The position numbers and the translations under genes are program-made. From sequence record DRR378314_956: DNA of 20,000 bases, one strand, 5' to 3'. Positions 17,211 through 20,000 of this stretch are shown here, piece after piece (within the stretch, counting starts at the first letter, position 1; every line of letters starts with the position of its first letter). The notes under the pieces are model-generated. The model worked only from the letters and a program-made list of their open reading frames with translations, did not search any database and was not told the DNA's origin.

Positions 17211-17732
17211 TTACTCCCTCCCAACTCCCTTAAGCTCCTCCTCGTCAATTCCCCAATCCACTGACAAAATGCCGTCCCTCACAAATCGATGAAAGCTGGA
17301 ATACGGCCAGTCGACTGCACGGGCTACATAGCCATGTTTGACAGGGTTGTAGTGGATGTAGTCCACATGACGATTGAAGTCGTTCTCGTCCCTGATGGTG
17401 TGTTCCCAGTAACGTTTCTGCCAGATTGATTTGGCTGCACTTGGCGTACCTGCGGAGTGAGGTCTACACCCCTTTGTGAACCCGGTCTTCACCAGACGCC
17501 AGCGGGTCGAGTAGTTGGTGTCGTTGGCTGGGAGGGTCCACAAGCAGTGGATATGGTCAGGGAGGACGACCATGGCGTCGATGGTGAAGGGATGGCGGTT
17601 TATGACGTTGCGCAGAGTAGTTCGCAGGCGCTGGACGGCGGCAGGGTTGCTGAAAAGCGTAGTGCGGTTGGCGGTGACGACAGTGAAGAAGTAGGTGCCG
17701 CCAGGGAGGCGGTTGCGGCGGTAATTCATCAT
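17211..17732 (-). CDS. REP-associated tyrosine transposase (RAYT/TnpA-REP, HUH Y1 family)
   Basis: GGTYFFTVVT, VVLPDHIHCLW (HUH), IWQKRYWEHTIRD, YIHYNPVKHG (catalytic Tyr region) and DWPYSSF motifs; AAGGA RBS; ORF is intact. Confidence 0.93.
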   Translation of the reverse strand: MMNYRRNRLPGGTYFFTVVTANRTTLFSNPAAVQRLRTTLRNVINRHPFTIDAMVVLPDHIHCLWTLPANDTNYSTRWRLVKTGFTKGCRPHSAGTPSAAKSIWQKRYWEHTIRDENDFNRHVDYIHYNPVKHGYVARAVDWPYSSFHRFVRDGILSVDWGIDEEELKGVGRE

Positions 17733-17783
17733 ACGTCCTTGTATGGTTTAGTGGTGTCTTAGTGTTTATTTTAGCGTGCTTTT

Positions 17784-17820
17784 TGTCGGATTACGGCCCT
17801 TTGGGCCTAATCCGACCTAC
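17784..17820 (-). repeat. GTAG-family REP, copy 3 (inverted)
   Basis: Minus strand GTAGGTCGGATTAGGCCCAAAGGGCCGTAATCCGACA, 36/37 identical to copy 1. Confidence 0.9.
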
Positions 17821-17831
17821 AGGGAGCGGGA

Positions 17832-18593
17832 TTACAGCCGAAGCGCCCCGTCTACCTCAATCATCCGCCCCGACATATAGTCATTCTCAAAAATAAACGC
17901 CGCCGCAGACGCAATCTCCTCCGGCTTGCCCATACGCTTCAGGGGAATACCGGCCGTCATCTTCTCCAGCGCCTCCGGTTTCATCGAGGCCGTCATCTCA
18001 GTCTCAATAAAGCCCGGAGCAATACCCATGCACCGAATACCATAGCGGGCAAGCTCCTTGGCCCAAACCGGCACCAGGGCTGAAACACCCGCCTTCGCGG
18101 CAGAATAGTTACTCTGCCCCATGTTCCCGGCACGGGAAATCGACGCAATATTGATGATCACACCCTCATCGCCATTCTTGATCATCTGCGTGGACGCCTC
18201 CCGGCCGCACAGGAAAACCCCCGTCAGATTCACATCAATCACCGACTGCCACTGAGACAGCTCCATACGCTTCTCAACCTGGCCGTCCTTCACCTTCACC
18301 ATCAGCCCATCCCGCAGAATACCGGCATTGTTGATCAACCCGTTCAACCGACCAAAATCCGCCACGATGGCTTCAAACGTCTTCTCGACATCGTCTTCCT
18401 TGGCAACATTGCAGACATAAGTCCTGGCGTCGCCCCCGGCTTTTTTACAGGCGGCTGCAGCCTCTTCCAGCTTTTCCGGCATCAGATCAATCAGCGCCAG
18501 GCGAGCCCCTTTGGCCGCCAGATACTCGGCCATCGCTCGGCCCAAACCCTGGCCGCCGCCAGTAATTGCAATCACGGAATCTTGAAGTTTCAT
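17832..18593 (-). CDS. Short-chain dehydrogenase/reductase (FabG-like)
   Basis: TGGGQGLG, NNAGI, NYSAAKAG (YxxxK) and IAPGFIETEM motifs. Confidence 0.93.
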   Translation of the reverse strand: MKLQDSVIAITGGGQGLGRAMAEYLAAKGARLALIDLMPEKLEEAAAACKKAGGDARTYVCNVAKEDDVEKTFEAIVADFGRLNGLINNAGILRDGLMVKVKDGQVEKRMELSQWQSVIDVNLTGVFLCGREASTQMIKNGDEGVIINIASISRAGNMGQSNYSAAKAGVSALVPVWAKELARYGIRCMGIAPGFIETEMTASMKPEALEKMTAGIPLKRMGKPEEIASAAAFIFENDYMSGRMIEVDGALRL

Positions 18594-18690
18594 GTTTTGC
18601 CCTAAGGTTAAGCATTAGCGGAAGCGGCGAGTATATCAGAGGTTTTTACGGTCGCAGCAACCAGACCAACGCTCATCCACGGAGGCTCTC

Positions 18691-19278
18691 TTGGGCATTT
18701 TTCTGTTTTTATTCATTGTCATGCCCATCGTCGAAATGACGATACTGATCAAAGTCGGCACCATGATTGGCGCCCTGAATACCATTGGCCTCGTCCTTTT
18801 GACGGCCATCATCGGTGCTGCCTTGCTGCGGCAACAGGGGCTGGCAACCCTGCTAAAAGCCAATCAGCGGCTGAACAGCGGTGAATTGCCGGCAAAAGAA
18901 GTGGCGGAAGGTTTAATCCTTGCTGTGGGCGGCGCCCTGCTGCTGACACCGGGATTCGTCACCGACACCATTGGCTTCCTGTGCCTGATTCCCGGTACCC
19001 GCCACTGGTTCGCCGCCCAGGCCCTGAAGCGGATGGTGGTGGCCGGCCAGTCCGGGAGTTTTACATTTACCGCAGGCCAGCGTGGGCCGTTTCAGGGGCA
19101 GGGCCCCTTTGGGGGGCGTGAAGGGCCGTTCGGGCGCCAAAACCCATTTGATCGGAACGACGACATTATTGAAGGGGAATACCGCGACGAAACCGAACGA
19201 GACTATGATCGCCTCAACCGGAGCACCGATGGCCAGGAGGGACGTGATCAGGAGGATGATCGGACGAAAAAAAACTGA
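18691..19278 (+). CDS. fxsA: FxsA family inner-membrane protein
   Basis: MPIVEMTILIKVG, LLRQQG, GGALLLTPGFVTD and IIEGEY motifs; GGAGG before the TTG start; upstream of groES. Confidence 0.92.
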   Translation: MGIFLFLFIVMPIVEMTILIKVGTMIGALNTIGLVLLTAIIGAALLRQQGLATLLKANQRLNSGELPAKEVAEGLILAVGGALLLTPGFVTDTIGFLCLIPGTRHWFAAQALKRMVVAGQSGSFTFTAGQRGPFQGQGPFGGREGPFGRQNPFDRNDDIIEGEYRDETERDYDRLNRSTDGQEGRDQEDDRTKKN

Positions 19279-19298
19279 AAAATTTTTTCGTCGAAGTG

Positions 19299-19325
19299 TT
19301 GAAAACGCACCGGCCACCCCCACAT
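19299..19325 (+). promoter_or_regulatory. Sigma32 (RpoH) heat-shock promoter of groESL
   Basis: TTGAAA-N13-CCCCACAT, with an upstream A/T tract (about 19267-19288). Confidence 0.8.
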
Positions 19326-19440
19326 AGGATTCACAAGTTCGCTGCGGGCTAATAACCGCTGTAAAACAGTTGGTTAAAGGCCCCGGCTTTTAACGCAACC
19401 ATCATTGCCAAACCTAACCTGACATTGGAGATATCGAGCA

Positions 19441-19728
19441 ATGAAAATTCGTCCGCTACACGATCGTGTTGTCGTGCGCCGTAAGGAAGAAGAAGAGAAA
19501 ACAGCTGGTGGCATCGTGCTGCCGGGCAATGCCAAGGAGAAGCCGTCCCAGGGCGAAGTTATCGCCGTAGGTAATGGCCGTATTCTCGACAATGGCGAAA
19601 CCCGTGCGCTGGCGGTGAAGGTGGGTGACACCGTGGTCTTTGGCCAGTATGCCGGTAACACCGTAAAGGTTGACGGTGAAGACCTGCTCATCATGAGCGA
19701 AAACGACATTTTCGGCGTTCTCGAGTAA
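19441..19728 (+). CDS. groES: Co-chaperonin GroES
   Basis: [12 protein letters not shown]...[10 protein letters not shown]...EKP motifs; GGAG RBS. Confidence 0.99.
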   Translation: MKIRPLHDRVVVRRKEEEEKTAGGIVLPGNAKEKPSQGEVIAVGNGRILDNGETRALAVKVGDTVVFGQYAGNTVKVDGEDLLIMSENDIFGVLE

Positions 19729-19775
19729 GTATTCGGTTACGCAGCAATCCGATTGAACGATTGAATTGGGTTTAA

Positions 19776-20000
<225 letters not shown>

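Larger units (their letters stand above)
17170..17820. mobile_element. REPtron-like unit: RAYT gene flanked by inverted REPs
   Basis: REP2 (+) and REP3 (-) bracket the RAYT, with their GTAG tetranucleotides at the outer ends. Confidence 0.75.

Noticed and set aside
16792-17820. ATL gene as cargo of a composite REP1-REP3 transposon
   Set aside because: The yajQ-ampG-ATL-SDR-fxsA-groES order resembles a conserved core block as I recall it from Pseudomonas, so REPs probably inserted around a resident gene. No target duplication is seen.
16792-17820. Palindromic repeats as a CRISPR array
   Set aside because: There are only three copies, hundreds of bp apart, in mixed orientation, with no cas genes; they fit GTAG REPs.

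Overview
Gammaproteobacterial chromosomal window; gene content and style suggest a Marinobacter-like marine organism (inference). The left half (1-11143) is a flagellin glycosylation and filament locus. It holds a partial SAM methyltransferase and a polysaccharide pyruvyl-transferase-family gene (+), converging on a minus-strand unit of a 388-aa flagellin, a 2OG-Fe(II) oxygenase and a Zn-motif methyltransferase behind a sigma54 promoter with an IHF site. These are followed by a Maf-type flagellin glycosyltransferase, a minimal 274-aa sigma28-driven flagellin, flaG, fliD and fliS. The right half is mostly core genome: argG, an AraC regulator, a REC/degenerate-GGDEF protein, yajQ, ampG, an alkyltransferase-like gene, an SDR, fxsA, groES and the start of groEL. 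A REP-associated tyrosine transposase (RAYT) with three GTAG REPs sits between the alkyltransferase-like gene and the SDR. The most interesting unexplained signals are an unannotated ~130-nt rod-like RNA structure with a terminator and a CRP-like box at 13549-13749, the flagellin-linked oxygenase/methyltransferase tailoring unit, and REPs that supply the stop codons of host genes.
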